Shown here one piece after another: positions 15,900-30,040 of a stretch of 64,000 nt of DNA. The stretch is from the NCBI RefSeq assembly GCF_009914755.1, contig NC_060929.1; one strand, written 5' to 3'. Within the stretch, counting starts at the first letter, position 1, and every line of letters starts with the position of its first letter. The position numbers and the translations under genes were made by a program. The DNA is from the human T2T-CHM13v2.0 reference genome, Homo sapiens. The notes beneath the pieces were generated by a model, which saw nothing but the letters and a program-made list of their open reading frames with translations, had not been told where the DNA came from and did no database searches.

Positions 15900-16290
15900 T
15901 GTGGCAGAGAGATCAAACTGATGGCCTGTGGGCCATAGTCCATCTGTAGATATGCTTTGCACTGTGTTTTAAGGAAATTTAAGACAACATTTAAAAACCA
16001 GAAAGTTTCATGCAAAAACCGTATTTTTCATCTCTGCTTACAAATTTGGGTGATCTATTGACATCAAGCTCATGTTCTCACATGGCACCAAAGGGCTGGA
16101 GTTGAAAATCTCTTCCACCTTACCACAGTCCACGGCTCCCAGTGCCCTGCCTGATACCGAGACTCAGTATCAATTGCAATTCATCATTGCACTTGCTCTC
16201 TTGTTATCCTTAAAGTGGAAAAACATTTTTTCTGTGCTTGTTTCCCTATCAAAAGTGGAAAATGAAAGATGGAGCGCAGAGGGCTCCTTG
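15900..16290. mobile_element. hAT-Charlie DNA transposon relic (Charlie4-like)
   Basis: 'caaactgatggcctgtgggcca' resembles a Charlie terminus; 'ttctcacatggcaccaaagggctggagttga' resembles my recollection of Charlie4a. Confidence 0.5.
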
Positions 16291-17863
16291 TTCCTGAAGC
16301 CCACTATGCTTTCTTCATTTATGAGCTTGTTGGCATTTGTGATTGTGACCCCGGGGAGATTAAATAAATAATTGATTGAAAGCACCTAGTATAACCTGGG
16401 CCAGATACTTAGCATATGTTAATTTCCTTCTATATATCCTTTCTTGTAGTTGTTTTGAAACATTTTGACATGGAATAAAGTGGTTATTACATTCCCATGG
16501 ACTCTTAAGTGGAGCAAGCATCACAACAAAATGTTGAAATCAAGCAGGAAAGACCTAGATTACATTTCTAATAAAGCTGAAAATATAAAGAGGGAAGATA
16601 GTATGATAACCATGTAGGTGACCCCAGTTTTCCCTTTCTATCTCTACTGAAATCGATGAAATTTCTCCCCAGAGCCAGGGAGGAGAGAAAACCATCCCCT
16701 GCTGCAGTGTTCAGTTTCAATTGGCTGTGTATCCCTGGCCTCGGGGTGAGGTTAACTGTGCAAAGGAAAGTCACATTTCAGAACACTTAAATATTTTTTC
16801 TTGCTAAACCACACTGAAGACACTAATTCCATTTATTTCCTAGCTGTATAGAGGTGAATGAGCAAAAAACCACTCCTGCATTTCCAGTCTTCAAATAAAG
16901 CCTAATTAAAGAAATATATAGTTTTTATTGAGCTGCAAGAAAAAGGGACATGGTACACAATTAAGTTCGCATTAATTATTAAAGCCATAAAATTATTAAT
17001 GTAACAAATATTACACATTAATAAGAAATATATTTTGTCGCCAACTGCTGCATGAAATTTCTCTTTCATAATCTATAATCCAAAGGAGAACTGGAAAAAG
17101 AATGTGTAAAAAACATTATGTTCTAGCCTTAAGTTTATTGCTGTTGGAAGTAAGATGTTTGACATATTTCAATACTATTATTTCTAAGATGCAATTGTTC
17201 TGAGTCAGTTAAACAATAAAGTGGGAGAAAAAGGTATAATTGTGATAATAATTGCTTGTAATGAAGTTTGACTAGGGGGCTAAAAATATTTGTCAATCTG
17301 CCCAATATTTTCCTCTGATAGAAGACTACAAGTTCAGTATGCAGAGAGGAGAGGGACTTCCTCCACCCTCATTTCCTATCTTCCCTGGCTGAGCTTGAAT
17401 TATTCTGCTCTTACTCTTTTTGGAGTGAGAAAGATGACATTAAAGCCAGCTTTCCGATTCATGGATCGCCTACTCGGAAAATTCTCACAGTCATTCAAAG
17501 TCCTTTGGAGAATAAGAAATGATTATTTATCCACCCACTCATCCCCGGTCCTATTCTGTACTTCTTATCAAAACCCAGTAACCTGCTACTGCAATTGGCT
17601 GTTTACTTCCATGCATGCCATAGGCTTATACAGTACACAGCATATCATAAGCCTCTTCTAAGGTCACAAGAGAGCTGTTTTGTTCAAATCAAGATTAAGA
17701 TTGCATGATTTATAAGTATCTTAATGAGATCTTATTGGTGAATCAATTTTTAAAATGTTAGTAATATCATCCCTGAGAGGTTTGAAAAAAGAAAAAAAAA
17801 AAAGTTAATGTCTACTGTTGGGGATGGTACAAGGTGAAGGAGGTGTTCTACTTTAGAAACCAG

Positions 17864-19280
17864 TGTGTCCGGAATTGGTGGGTTCTTGGTCTCACTGACT
17901 TCAAGAATGAAGCCACGGACCCTCGCGGTGAGTGTTACCGTTCTTAAAGGCGGCATGTCCGGAGTTTGTTCCTTCTGATGTTCGGATGTGTTCGGAGTTT
18001 CTTCCTTCTGGTGGGTTCATGTTCTCGCTGGCTCAGGAGTGAAGCTGCAAACCTTCACGGTGAGTGTTACAGCTCTTGAGGTAGCGCGTCTGGAGTTGTT
18101 CGTTCCTCCTGGTGAGTTCATGGTCTCGCTGGCTTCAGGAGTGAAGCTGCAGACCTTCAGAGTGAGTGTTACAGCTCACAAAGGCAGCGTGGACCCAAAG
18201 AGTGAGCAGCAGCAAGATTTATTGCAAAGAGCAAAAGAACAAAGCTTCCACAGTGTGGAAGCAGACCCGAGCTGGTTGCCAGTGCTGGCTCTGGCAGCCT
18301 GCTTTTATTCTCTTATCTGGCCCCACCCACATCCTGCTGATTGGTCCATTTTGCAGAGGATGGATGGTCTGTTTTGACAGAGCGCTGATTGGTGCGTTTA
18401 CAATCCCTGAGCTAGACACAAAGGTTCTCCACCTCCCCACTAGATTAGCTAGATACAGAGTGTAGACACAAAGGTTCTCCAAGTCCCCACCAGAGTAGCT
18501 GGATACAGAGTGTCCACTGGTGCATTCACAAACCCTGAGCTAGACACAGGGTGCTGATTGGTGTGTTTACAAACCTTGAGCTAGATACACAGTGCCGATT
18601 GGTGTATTTACAATCCCTTAGCTAGACATAAAGGTTCTCCAAGTCCCCACCAGACTCAGGCGCCCAGCTGGCTTCACCCAGTGGATCCCGCACCGGGGTC
18701 GCAGGTGGAGCTGCCTGCCAGTCCCGCGCCTTGCGCCCGCACTCCTCAGCCCTTGGGTGGTCGATGGGACTGGGCGCCGTGGAGCGGGGGCGGCGCTCGT
18801 CGGGGAGGTTCCGGCTGCACAGGAGCCCACGGAGGAGGGGGAGGCTCAGGCATGGCGGGCTGCAGGTCCCAGCCCTGCCCCGCGGGGAGGCGGCTAAGGC
18901 GCGGCGAGAAATCGAGTGCAGCGCTGGTGCCGGCACTGCTGGGGGACCCAGCACACCCTCCGCAGCCGCTGGTCTGGGTGCTAAGCCCCTCATTGCCCGG
19001 GGCCTGCAGGGCCGGCCGGCCGCTCTGAGTGCCGCCCGCCAAGCCCACGCCCATCCGGAACTCCAGCTGTCCCGCAAGCGCGGCGCGCAGTCCCGGTTCC
19101 CGCTCGCGCCTCTCCCTCACCTCCATGCAAGCTGAAGGAGCTGGCTCCGGCCTTGGCCAGCCCAGAAAGGGGCTCCCACAGTGCACCGGTGGGCTGAAGG
19201 GCTCTTCAAGCGCCGCCAGAGTGGGCGCCAAGGCTGAGGAGGCGCTGAGAGCGAGTGAGGGCGCACGCCGTCAATTCTCA
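17864..19280 (-). mobile_element. ERV9 solo LTR (LTR12D/E-like), about 1.42 kb
   Basis: Read on the minus strand it starts 'tgagaattgacggcgtgc' and ends 'ccaattccggacaca'. It has a GC-rich U3, CCAAT tandem repeats at 18380-18650 and U5 repeats 'gaagctgcagaccttc..gtgagtgttacagctc'. 'cag' flanks both ends (partial TSD). Confidence 0.97.
18302..18602 (-). promoter_or_regulatory. LTR12 core promoter/enhancer: four CCAAT (NF-Y) boxes, CACCC, GATA and AATAAAA TATA-like box
   Basis: ATTGG at 18340, 18388, 18557 and 18598; ccccacccac at 18321; ttatct at 18313; cttttatt at 18302. This is the known ERV9 LTR arrangement. Activity is not shown by the sequence. Confidence 0.75.
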
Positions 19281-19868
19281 CAGGAGCAAAAAGAAAGTGT
19301 GTAAGTAGAATATGCAATCTTCCCTAGAAGGGAACTATCAAAATCAAGCGGGAGTTCAAAGGTGAAAAATTAACACTTAGTTCGAAGAGTTAGGATAAAC
19401 TTCTTGGAAAAGGTGGCATTTAAGATGTGTGGTAATGAATGGGAGGAGTTTTAAGCAGAGGAAAGATTATGGATGTCTGGGTAGTTAGAAGTGCAAGAAG
19501 GCACATGAGCAAATGGACAGAGGGAAAGTTTAGTTCATGCTAGGGAATAGCACGTACTCCAACTTGGCTGAAACAATTTCCACGGAAGACCTGGGAAATT
19601 AGGCTCCCAGAAGTGGGTTAGAGTTCTATCAAGGTGGCCTTGATAGGCCTTAAATGACAGGCCTGGGAGGTTAATGATTAAGGTCTGGGTGTTATCACTC
19701 TACATGGAATGTGCTTTCAAGGTTGGTGCTACGTTAATTTAGTTTTATGTTTTATTTAAGTGTACTGTAGTCCCATTTAGCAACCAGCTCTCTTAGATTG
19801 AGTTCTCTGGCTCCAGCTTCTTTCTTTCTTTTTTTTAAAATAAATTTTATGTGTATATTTGAGGTTTA

Positions 19869-20189
<321 letters not shown>

Positions 20190-20642
20190 TTACATATCAT
20201 ATAGATAGTAAAATGATCATTACAGTGAAGAAGCAAGCAGATTAACATATCTATCATTCCCACATAGTTACGCTTCTTGTGAAAAGAGTAGCCAAAATCT
20301 ACTTATTTAACAAAAATCCCTAATACATTTTTATTAATTTTAGTTGTCATGTCGTAAATTCGATCTCTGAACTTGTTCGTCCTGTGTAACTGCTACTTTA
20401 TGTCCTTTGACCTGCGTCTCCCCATTTCCTATCCCTGTCCACCTCCATGGTGGTAACCACTGTTTCATTCTCAATCACTGTATTTGAGCTCTTCCTAAAA
20501 TATATTCCACATATAAGTGAGTCCATGCAAATTTGTGTGTGTGTGTGCCTGGCTTATTTTACTTAGCAAAATGTCTTCTGGTTTCATCCATGTTGTGGCA
20601 AATGTCAGGATCTCCTTCTTTTGTAAGACCAAGTAATATTCC

Positions 20643-20644
<2 letters not shown>

Positions 20645-20675
<31 letters not shown>
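20645..20675. repeat. (TG)n microsatellite inside L1MA
   Basis: Read directly from the sequence. Confidence 0.9.
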
Positions 20676-20680
<5 letters not shown>

Positions 20681-20868
20681 ATATCTATATCTACATCTAT
20701 ATGTAACATCTTTATCCATTCATTCATTGATCAGCATTTAGGCATTTAGGTTATTTTCATGTCTTGGCTGCAATGAATATGGAAGTGCACGTATTTTTAT
20801 GAGGTGGTGATTTCATATCCTTTGGTTGTATACCCAGAAGAGGGATTGGTGGATCATCTGTAAGTTCT

Positions 20869-21180
20869 TTTTTTTTTTCTTTTTTTTTAGACCGTGTCTC
20901 ACTCTTTCACCCAGGCTAGAGTGCAGTGATGTGATCACAGCTCACCGCAGCCTTAATCCCCTGGCCTCAAGCGATTTTTCTGCCTCAGACTTCTTAGGTA
21001 TCTGGGACTACAGGAGTGTACCACCACACATGGCTTTTTTTTAGGAAAAAAAAAAGTTTCAGTAGAGGCAAGGTCTCGTTATGTTGCCCAGGATGGCCTT
21101 GAACACCTGGGCTCAAGCAATCCTCCTGCCTTGGCCTCCCAAAGTGTTGGGATTACAATTCTGAGCCACCACACCCAGCC
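20869..21180 (-). mobile_element. AluJ
   Basis: Diverged dimer; TSD tgtaagttct/tggaagttct. Confidence 0.92.
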
Positions 21181-21945
21181 TGGAAGTTCTATTTTTAATT
21201 TCTTTAGGAACCTTCATAGTATTTTCCATGACTGTACCAATGTACATCCCCACCAACAGTGTACTAGGGTTTCTTTTTCTCCACATCTTTATCAGCATGT
21301 CTTATCTCTTGTCTTTTTGTTACTAGTCATCCTTACGGGTGGGGTGTGTGGTGATATCTCATAGTGGTTTTAATTTTCACTTCTCGTATGATTAGTGATG
21401 CCAAACACCTTTTCATAAATCTGTTGCCCATTTTTATGTCTTATTTGGAGAAATATCTGTTCAGGCCCTTTGCTCATTTTTAAATTGGGTTATTTGTTTT
21501 CTGGAATTGAGTTGTGGAGTTGCTCACAAATTTTGGATATTAACTTCTTATCTGATATGTGGTTTGCCATTGTTTTTTTCTAGTCTGTGGGTTGCCTTTT
21601 AATGTTGCTGGCCTCTCCTTTGCTGTACAGTGCTTGCTAGTTTTATATAATCACATTTATTTATTTTTGGTTTTGTAGCCTGTGTTTTTGGTGTGATATT
21701 CAAGAAACCATTGCCAAGGCCAATGTCAAGCAGCTTTTCCCCTATGTTCTCTTCTAAAAGATTTATGGCTTCAGGTTTTACATTTAGGTATTTTATCCAT
21801 TCGAGTTGATTTTTGTGCATGGTATAAGATAAAGCCCAATTTCATTCTTTTGCATGTGGAAATCCAGTTTTATCAGGACCACTTATTGAAGAAACTATCT
21901 GTTCCCCATTGTATCCTCTTGGTGGCCTTGTTGAACATTTGTTGA

Positions 21946-22360
<415 letters not shown>

Positions 22361-23107
22361 AGTAGCTTTATAATTTTAAATCAGAATTGTGATGACTTCA
22401 ACTTTGTTTTTGTTTCTCAGTATTGCTTTGCTATTCAGAAGGTATTGCAGTTCCATTTGAATTTTAGGATTATTTTTTCTATTTCTGTAAAGAATGCTAT
22501 TGTAATTTTGATAGAGATTGAGTTAAATCTGTATGTTGCTTTGGATGGTATGGACATTTTAACAATATTAGTTCTTCCTGTCCATGAACATAAGATATCT
22601 TTCCATTTATTTGTGTCTTCAGTTTTTTATCTGTATTTTATAGTTTTCAGAGTACAAATCTTTCACCTCTTTTGTTAAATTTATTTCTAGGTTTTAAAAA
22701 TGTTATTGTAAATTTGATTGTTTCCTTAATTTATTTTTCAGCTAGGTCATTATTTGTGTGTAGAAATCCTACTGATTTTTATATGCTGATTTTGTTGTAA
22801 CTTTACTGAATTTATTAGTTCTAACAGTTTTCTGAAATCTTTGGGATTTTCTACATGCCATTTTCAAGTAGAGATAATTTCAATTCTTCCTTTATGTTTT
22901 GGATGCCTTTTCATTTGTTTTCTTTTGTGATTGTTCTTGTGAGTACTTCTAGTACTATGTTGAATAGAAATGGTGAGAATGGGCAACCATACCTTGTACC
23001 ACATCTTAGTGAAAAAGTTTTCAATTGTTCCTCAATGATTATGATGTTAGCACTGAGTTTTTTAATAAATGGCTTTTATTATTTGTGTTTTTAAAAATTT
23101 TATTCTG

Positions 23108-23413
<306 letters not shown>

Positions 23414-24363
23414 TTTTTATTCTGTTGAGGAAGTTTCCTTCTATACCTAAATTGTTAAGAGTTTTTTGTAAGGAAGAATGCTGAACTTAGTCAAATGCTT
23501 TTACCGCATCAATTGAGATGATCATGTGGTATTTAATCTTTCATTCTTTTAATGTGGTGTATCACACTGATTGATTTGCATATGTTAAACCAGCCTTGTA
23601 TGGCAGGGATAAATCTCACTTAGTCATGATGTGTAATATTTTTACTTTGCTGTTCAATTCAATTTGCTAACATTTTATTGAGGATTTTTGCATTGATATT
23701 CATCAGAGACATTGGCCTGTAGTTTTCTTTGTTTTGCAGTGTCTTTGTCTTGCTTGAGGTATCAAGGGGGCTCTGGTTTCTTTTGTGTGTTTCATGGTTC
23801 TTTGCTTATAGTAAATAATAACTACCAACTCAATGTATCCATTGACTTTTTATTTGATTGCTGAATTTCTTGGTTGTTCTCAACCACAAGGTATCAGCAA
23901 GTATTACATACCATATTAGCTCTTAAGAGCATCGTGGAGTAAGTATGCTCATTTTATAACCCATCAGAATTAAGGTTGCAGAGATTAAGATGTTTGCTCA
24001 ATTTCTTCCAATGAGACCAGACCCACACATTTTGATTTCAAGTCCTGAACTGTTTTCCACTGTTGTGGTTTCTAGAACACGTAGGCTTTAATACTTGGTA
24101 ATATCAAGCAAAAGGAAAGAAAAAAGATGCATTTTGGGGATAATAAGAGAGAAGCTCAAAAGAAGTTCTCTTCCTACACAAATCTAAATTTCACTTGGAT
24201 CCAAGTGTTCAGCATGACTCAATCTTTCTCATAGATTTTCTTTTGCTCATATACATTTTAGTATCTCATCTCATCCTGGATTTCCAGACAAAGATATGTG
24301 AAAAATCCTCTTTTAATAACAATATTGGATCATTATAATAATAGTTATTATTTACTCTTTTAT

Positions 24364-24518
24364 CATTTAGTGTTTGCCAGTTTGCTGTATAGATGCTTTA
24401 CACATATTATGTCTATTTCTTTTGCAATTCCACAAACCCATTTAGTGTTTGCCAGTTTGCTGTATAGATGCTTTACACATATTATGTCTATTTCTTTTGC
24501 AATTCCACAAACCCATTT
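24364..24518. repeat. Perfect 75-bp tandem duplication inside a reverse-strand MIR relic
   Basis: 24364-24438 is identical to 24439-24513, followed by a third 'cattt'. The ORF track shows the same 25-aa unit twice. Confidence 0.97.
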
Positions 24519-24560
24519 TACAAAGAAGTAACTAAACTTTCTTCCCCCACCACCCCTGGC

Positions 24561-24975
24561 TTTATTGTGGTATAATTAACAAAAATTGTACATATTTACA
24601 ATGTACAATGTGATGTTTGGATGTGTGTATACATTGTGAAATGATTACCACAATCAAGCTAATTAACTTATTCACTGCCTAATATTCACACCCCACTTTG
24701 TGTGTACGTGGTTAGAACATTTAAGATCTACTCTTTTAGTAAATTTCAAGTATTTAATATTAGTATTATTAGCTATAATCCCCTTGCTGTACATTAGCTC
24801 TCCAGAATTCATTCATCCTCCATAACTGAAACTTTGTACCCTTTGATGTACCTCTCCCTATTTCCCCCACCCTCCAACCCCTGGCAAACACCATTCTAGT
24901 GTCTGCCTCTATTAGTTTGGCTTTTTTGGATCTTACATACACATGAGATCATGCAATATTTGTCTTTCTCTGCTT
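24561..24975 (-). mobile_element. L1MA/L1MB-type 3' end fragment
   Basis: 'tttattgtggtataatt..atacattgtgaaatgattaccacaatcaagctaattaac..catgagatcatgcaatatttgtctttct'. Confidence 0.85.
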
Positions 24976-26214
24976 CGTTTTTCCAATCTACTCCTGCCTT
25001 CAGATTCTGAGACCTTTCCTCCTGTCTCCAAAGCTACCGGTGTCTAGCCAGGAACATGTTTACTGAATTTATTCTACTACTTTTTTTTCTGAAAACATGA
25101 TTTAGGTCAAGCTCAAATCCTATAGCCTTAGGCAAGAAGACTCCTTCAAAATCATTTCTATTTATTGCCTATCTTTTAAGTCTCCGTTGTGTGCCTGATT
25201 TTAGTCTAATTTCAGAGAAGCTATTGAAAGATAGCAGTGTAAGATATGCTTTTTATCTTGCAGGAACGTAAACTTCAGTTAAATCAAACACAAATTCAAC
25301 TGAAGGGGGAGTGGAGTCAATAGGGTCCCAAAATTATACATTCTAGAAGGTTGGTAAAGGGAAACAGGAGATGAGGATAAAATCGGACCTTGAAGGTTGG
25401 GTAGAATTAGGATGAGTGGAAAGAAGTGGGCATTTGGTGAGAGTGATAGAAAGCACTGTGAAAAAAGGTGCTGGCCTGTGAATGTTTTTGTTTACTAAAA
25501 TGCTTCTAACTCATCTTTGAATTTACTCTTGGTTCTTCCTAATGACCAATCAAAAAAGAAAAGCAACAACAACAACAACAAAACTGTTTTTGAGCCACTC
25601 TCTGTGGTCACGGTATGAAAGACTGAATGGCTTAAATGCACTTCAATGTCAGAAGTCAAGCAACACACTAATAGGCCTAAAGGTAAAAGCTATTGTTATT
25701 GGCAGTTCAAGGACATACTTGTGCAAGACAGTCATTCTAACCTAAAATGCTAACCTCCATCTGGTTTGGGCTAATTTAATGTGTAGGTGTAGGTGTGAGA
25801 TTTACAATCCTTTGAAGAGTGTGGGACAGTAAGTATTTAACCTCAAGAGGGTGTGATTTCTATTGCATCACTTAAAAAAAAAAAAACAGTGGTAACACCA
25901 CAAACATGTACATCACCTATAAACCAATTCTGGCTTGATGATATTATCACATTTTTTTAAGCCGGTGACACAGATATCTTGTGCTCAATCACCTGGGATA
26001 AATCTGTTATGAAAACGTTGAATTGCTTCAAATTGTTTTCACCTGTATCAGGTAGTTTTACATAAGGTAGTGGAGAATTGAGAGACAATAGATTCACCAC
26101 TCCTGAAAGAAATCCCCATTTCCCTCATTCTTTTTTTAGCTGCCTGCAGATTGCACCTAAGTCTTTTCTAATACTTTTTCTCACATTATTTACTTCAGCT
26201 TGTAGAGTGGTGCC

Positions 26215-26380
26215 AACAGGGTTAGGATTCAAATAACCTGGGGTTCTGTTAGAAATGCCAGTGTCCAAGCTCTCTTCTCAGGGTCAGATTGCATTGATAT
26301 GAGTTGGGCAGAGCCATGGATATTTTTTTGAAAGGCCTCTAGGTGAATCTAACGTGCATATGGGGTTAAGAATCATTGAT
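26215..26380. mobile_element. MER5-like hAT MITE relic
   Basis: 'ttgttagaaatgc'-like block and 'aggtgaatctaacgtgcatatggggttaagaatcattg' end. Confidence 0.55.
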
Positions 26381-26589
26381 TTACAATCTTCATATGTAGA
26401 AAGGTGGATGGGCTTTAGTCATGTTATAAATAACGTAATAGAAAATGTTATCAAGTTGAAGCATTATGAAGCTTTCTAGGGAGAATGAGAACTATTCCAA
26501 TGGACTACCAATTCTACACTAAAAGGTAGAAGGCTTGCAGGAACTTGCCTAATGACCATTAAAAAACCTGCATCTTGTCTCCAACTTCT

Positions 26590-26885
26590 GTGCCTTTCTA
26601 CCAAGTTTTTCAATACCTGTGATTATGTATGATTTACTCAAATATCACAACCTTGGGAGAGGTTTTTCTTGGCTATCCAATCCAAAATAGTCTTTCTCCA
26701 TCCTTATTTTATCTTATTTTTTTCATAACACAGTATCTGAAATCAACATGTTTATTATTTATTTATTAATCTGCTTTCTCACATTAGAAAGTGTGAGAAC
26801 AGGGATCTTTATCATCTTGTTAACTCCTATATCCCTAGCATCTAGAACAGTGGATTTGTGTATGATTGTTGAATACATGAATGAC
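26590..26885 (+). mobile_element. L2 3' end relic
   Basis: 'gagaacagggatctttatcatcttgttaactcctatatccctagcatctagaacagtg..ttgttgaatacatgaatga'. Confidence 0.75.
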
Positions 26886-29794
26886 ACAGTGAGAATTAAG
26901 CATTCCTACAAATATGTCAATCCCATCATGTGGTCTATGTCTAGATGGAGGCGGAACAGGGACACTTTTAATAGGATAGGTTTCTTGGAGCAGCAGCTGC
27001 ATTTGAGGCAGAAAATCAATTTCTACCCTGGATGACATTTTCAAAAGAAGTGTATCTGGTAGCGTGGAATCTTCTATCTGACAGGGCTTGTGTCAAAATA
27101 CTAGGATGTCTAGATGAGTGGCCCACTTTCTGTAGAGAGGGTGTGCCATTCAAAGATGCTCTGAACTGTACATGCAATTTAGTCCTTGTTCTAACAGACT
27201 TTCTGCTTGCACAAAGAAGAGAGTGACTATGGCTTTGTGAGTATACTTATGTTCAGCAAGGAATTTGCATGTGAATGCATATATGCACATTTTATAAACT
27301 TGCTGGAGAAAGAAACGTGGGATGCAGATTCCCCAAGTTAGCTAGTATGTATAATATTTTTGGTAGTTGGGTGGAGGACGCCTGTCTGGTATGTTCTTAA
27401 ATATTTGAAATACAACCATTGTTTAAGACCTAAAATTCACAATAAGATGGAGACAATTTCAGAAAAAAATCTAGACTGTTAATCACAATTTATGCAAAAC
27501 ATGTTAAGTGGATGAACCCAACCATTTGTCATGTACACACCATTGTGCTAAGGAATGCCTTTCCTCATGCTATTCGTTACTGAGGAAAATCACTGCCAAA
27601 GCAGTTTAGCTAATTCATTTCCATGTTTGGAATTAAGCATTTTTAACAGTTATCTACTTCCCATTGTCTGCCTGGGACAAGCCTTGTCTTGTCAGGGCTT
27701 AGCTGGCTGCTGCCAGAATTGAGATAGGGACATCAGAATCGTGTTGTAAACTCAGGAAGATATAGTCAGGGAAGCCTGCCTCTGCCCAGGAGTAAGAGGG
27801 GAGAGACAAAGAGGCAATGTTAGTTTTATGTGTATATGGAGCTAATAACTGCTTGCTTTGTGCCATTTCAGCACCCTAGACAGTATGTGTATTTCCTCTA
27901 CTTCTTCCTCTCCACTCCCCATCCAAACACACATACAGAAACTTATAATGTCTTTAATAGGGAGATAGCTTTTAATTTATAAATACAGAAGAGATAATAC
28001 TTCAGGTAGAAGAAAATTATTGATTGATATTCTCATGGATTGAAATAACTGATAATAGATCTTTTCCTGAGCTGAAAAAATAAGGGAGCTAATAAATTTT
28101 CGACTTGTACTATGTGCTGAGTTCTGTCTTAGAAAAATTAAATATAATTTAAATATTTCATTTAACATAAAACTTAGATAAGAGTTTGGTAGGAAAATGA
28201 TCTCAGGTGCTTGAAATCAGGTTGGCAATAGAAAACCCTCCTAAATGGGAGCCCAGGCTTTTGTAGGCAAAATTTGTTCACTTCAGAAATTTCCTTGGAG
28301 CTGGATTTTTTCAAAATGGGAACAGAGGATTAAAATGTGTGTAGGCTTCTATCCTTGAATCCCAAGGGAGTTTACAGTTTAAAAACATTAATAAAATTAA
28401 AACTAAAACTGTTAAAAATAAGTTAAAGTAGTAACAGTATGCCATCAACAAGTTAATGACTATTGCAATTATAAATTAATAGAGGTGGCTCCCTTTGACC
28501 TGCCCTAGATGTCATATCAATTGATTAAATGTTCCGAGACAATGAAATGGAAAAAGACATCTTTATTATAATGCTTCAGGCAGGAAATATTTTTATTTTG
28601 CTATTAGGAGCACATCCACATGTCAATGACCAATTCCATTTGGAAAAAAGACACTTTTTAGGATATGCACAATTAGGAAAAAAATCCAAGGTGAACCTTA
28701 GGTCTTAACTAACCACCTCTGTTATTTTTAGTTGACATTAAGAATCATAAAAGATAGCATTTTTAGGCTTTATTTTGATTCAGAGCAGCAGAGTTGTTGG
28801 TTCCATATTCTCAGAGGTGTCATGGGGTAGCACAGCCCTGCTGGGCTGACATTCTCAGTAGACATTGCTGGGAGCATGTTCTGTGCTGGGTCTCTGCACC
28901 TCAGTGACAAGAAATAAAATGGAAAAGGTGTCAGCAAACTAGCAGATTTTCTACCACGTTCTGCTAGCCATTCTGAGTGTGCTGGGGATGCTGTCTTCTT
29001 GAGAATGATTCAGCAGCCATGGACCTACCTTCTGAGACAGCTGTTTTGAGCCTTAGCTTCTCTCTGGTGATGGGTGAAATCTGGAAGGGAAAGGTCTCAT
29101 TTTCCCTTTTACTAGAAAAATATATTTCTATAAAAAAATAATAGAATCAATTTCCATAACCCCAGATAGGAAATGAGAAGCCCTGGATGAAAGACAAGTA
29201 TATTTGATATTCAAAAACAGTTGATGATAAAATAAAATTGACCACATACCTGTAATTTGATTGGCCATATAAAAAGTGGTTGCCTGGCAGGCAGAACTAA
29301 ATCTCTAATCACTTGAAAAGTGATCTCTTGAGTGGACCGGTAGACACATAATCTCATATCTTGTAGCCCGTCAGGTCAGAAAGCTGTTACTTCTGGGGCC
29401 TAAACAACTTTGCAACGGGCCATGGCTCTGTACTTTTGAGGAATAGGGAGAACTTTCTTTGTGTCCCAAGAGAGCATGATTAATGTAATATTTAGCACAT
29501 CTGTTGCAGGTTAAACAATCATATTTCTCTGACTTCTGGATTTTTATTCTAGTCATTCTTTTATTGCAACGTGTCCCTTTCAAATGTGGAAGATCAAAAT
29601 ATAACATAATGTTTAAAAGTATTTATAATGTTGGGCATAGGAAGGGAACAGAGTAATGACTTTTGAATGTTCTACTTTTTAAAATATACACTAATTCACT
29701 GTCAATTTCAGTAATCAACTTTATTGCTGGATCATAATTACAACTAAGATGATGTATTCCCACTTATATTAAAACAGCCTTTCAAAACCAGAAC

Positions 29795-30040
29795 ATCATT
29801 CATTCACACATACATTATGTCCCAGGCAGTCTGCTAGACTCAAGACTGGAAGTAAGGAGGTCCTTACATGGTCAATGTGGGATGTGAACAGGAATCAAGC
29901 AAACAACCCAGTTGTATTTGTTTTTCTGCTAGGAGGAGGAACAGGGTGGTAAGAATGCCTCTAGGAGGTATACCAGTGGTCAGGGAAGCCTTCATGGAGG
30001 AAGTGTTCTCTAATTTGAGGCCTTCAAGAACTACTTGTGG
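29795..30040 (-). mobile_element. L2 relic
   Basis: 'cattcattca..tatgtcccaggca' and 'gtggtcagggaagccttcatggaggaagtg'. Confidence 0.65.

Noticed and set aside
17930-18650. Repeated units with intervening sequence that superficially resemble a CRISPR array
   Set aside because: These are the known U3 and U5 tandem repeats of LTR12. There are no unique spacers and no cas genes.
18618-19317. Overlapping 66-161 aa ORFs
   Set aside because: GC-rich LTR12 sequence lacks stop codons in several frames; no recognisable protein.
24298-24531. 77-aa ORF with a 25-aa repeat
   Set aside because: By-product of the 75-bp duplication in a MIR; it starts at GTG and has no other support.
27675-27694. p53-like site ggacaagcct-tgtcttgtca
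   Set aside because: The second half-site has three mismatches to RRRCWWGYYY.
29259-29276. ATTGG next to TATAAAAAG as a promoter; a similar ccatataaaaa string occurs at 35368
   Set aside because: The CCAAT-TATA spacing is far too short, and such strings are frequent in AT-rich DNA.
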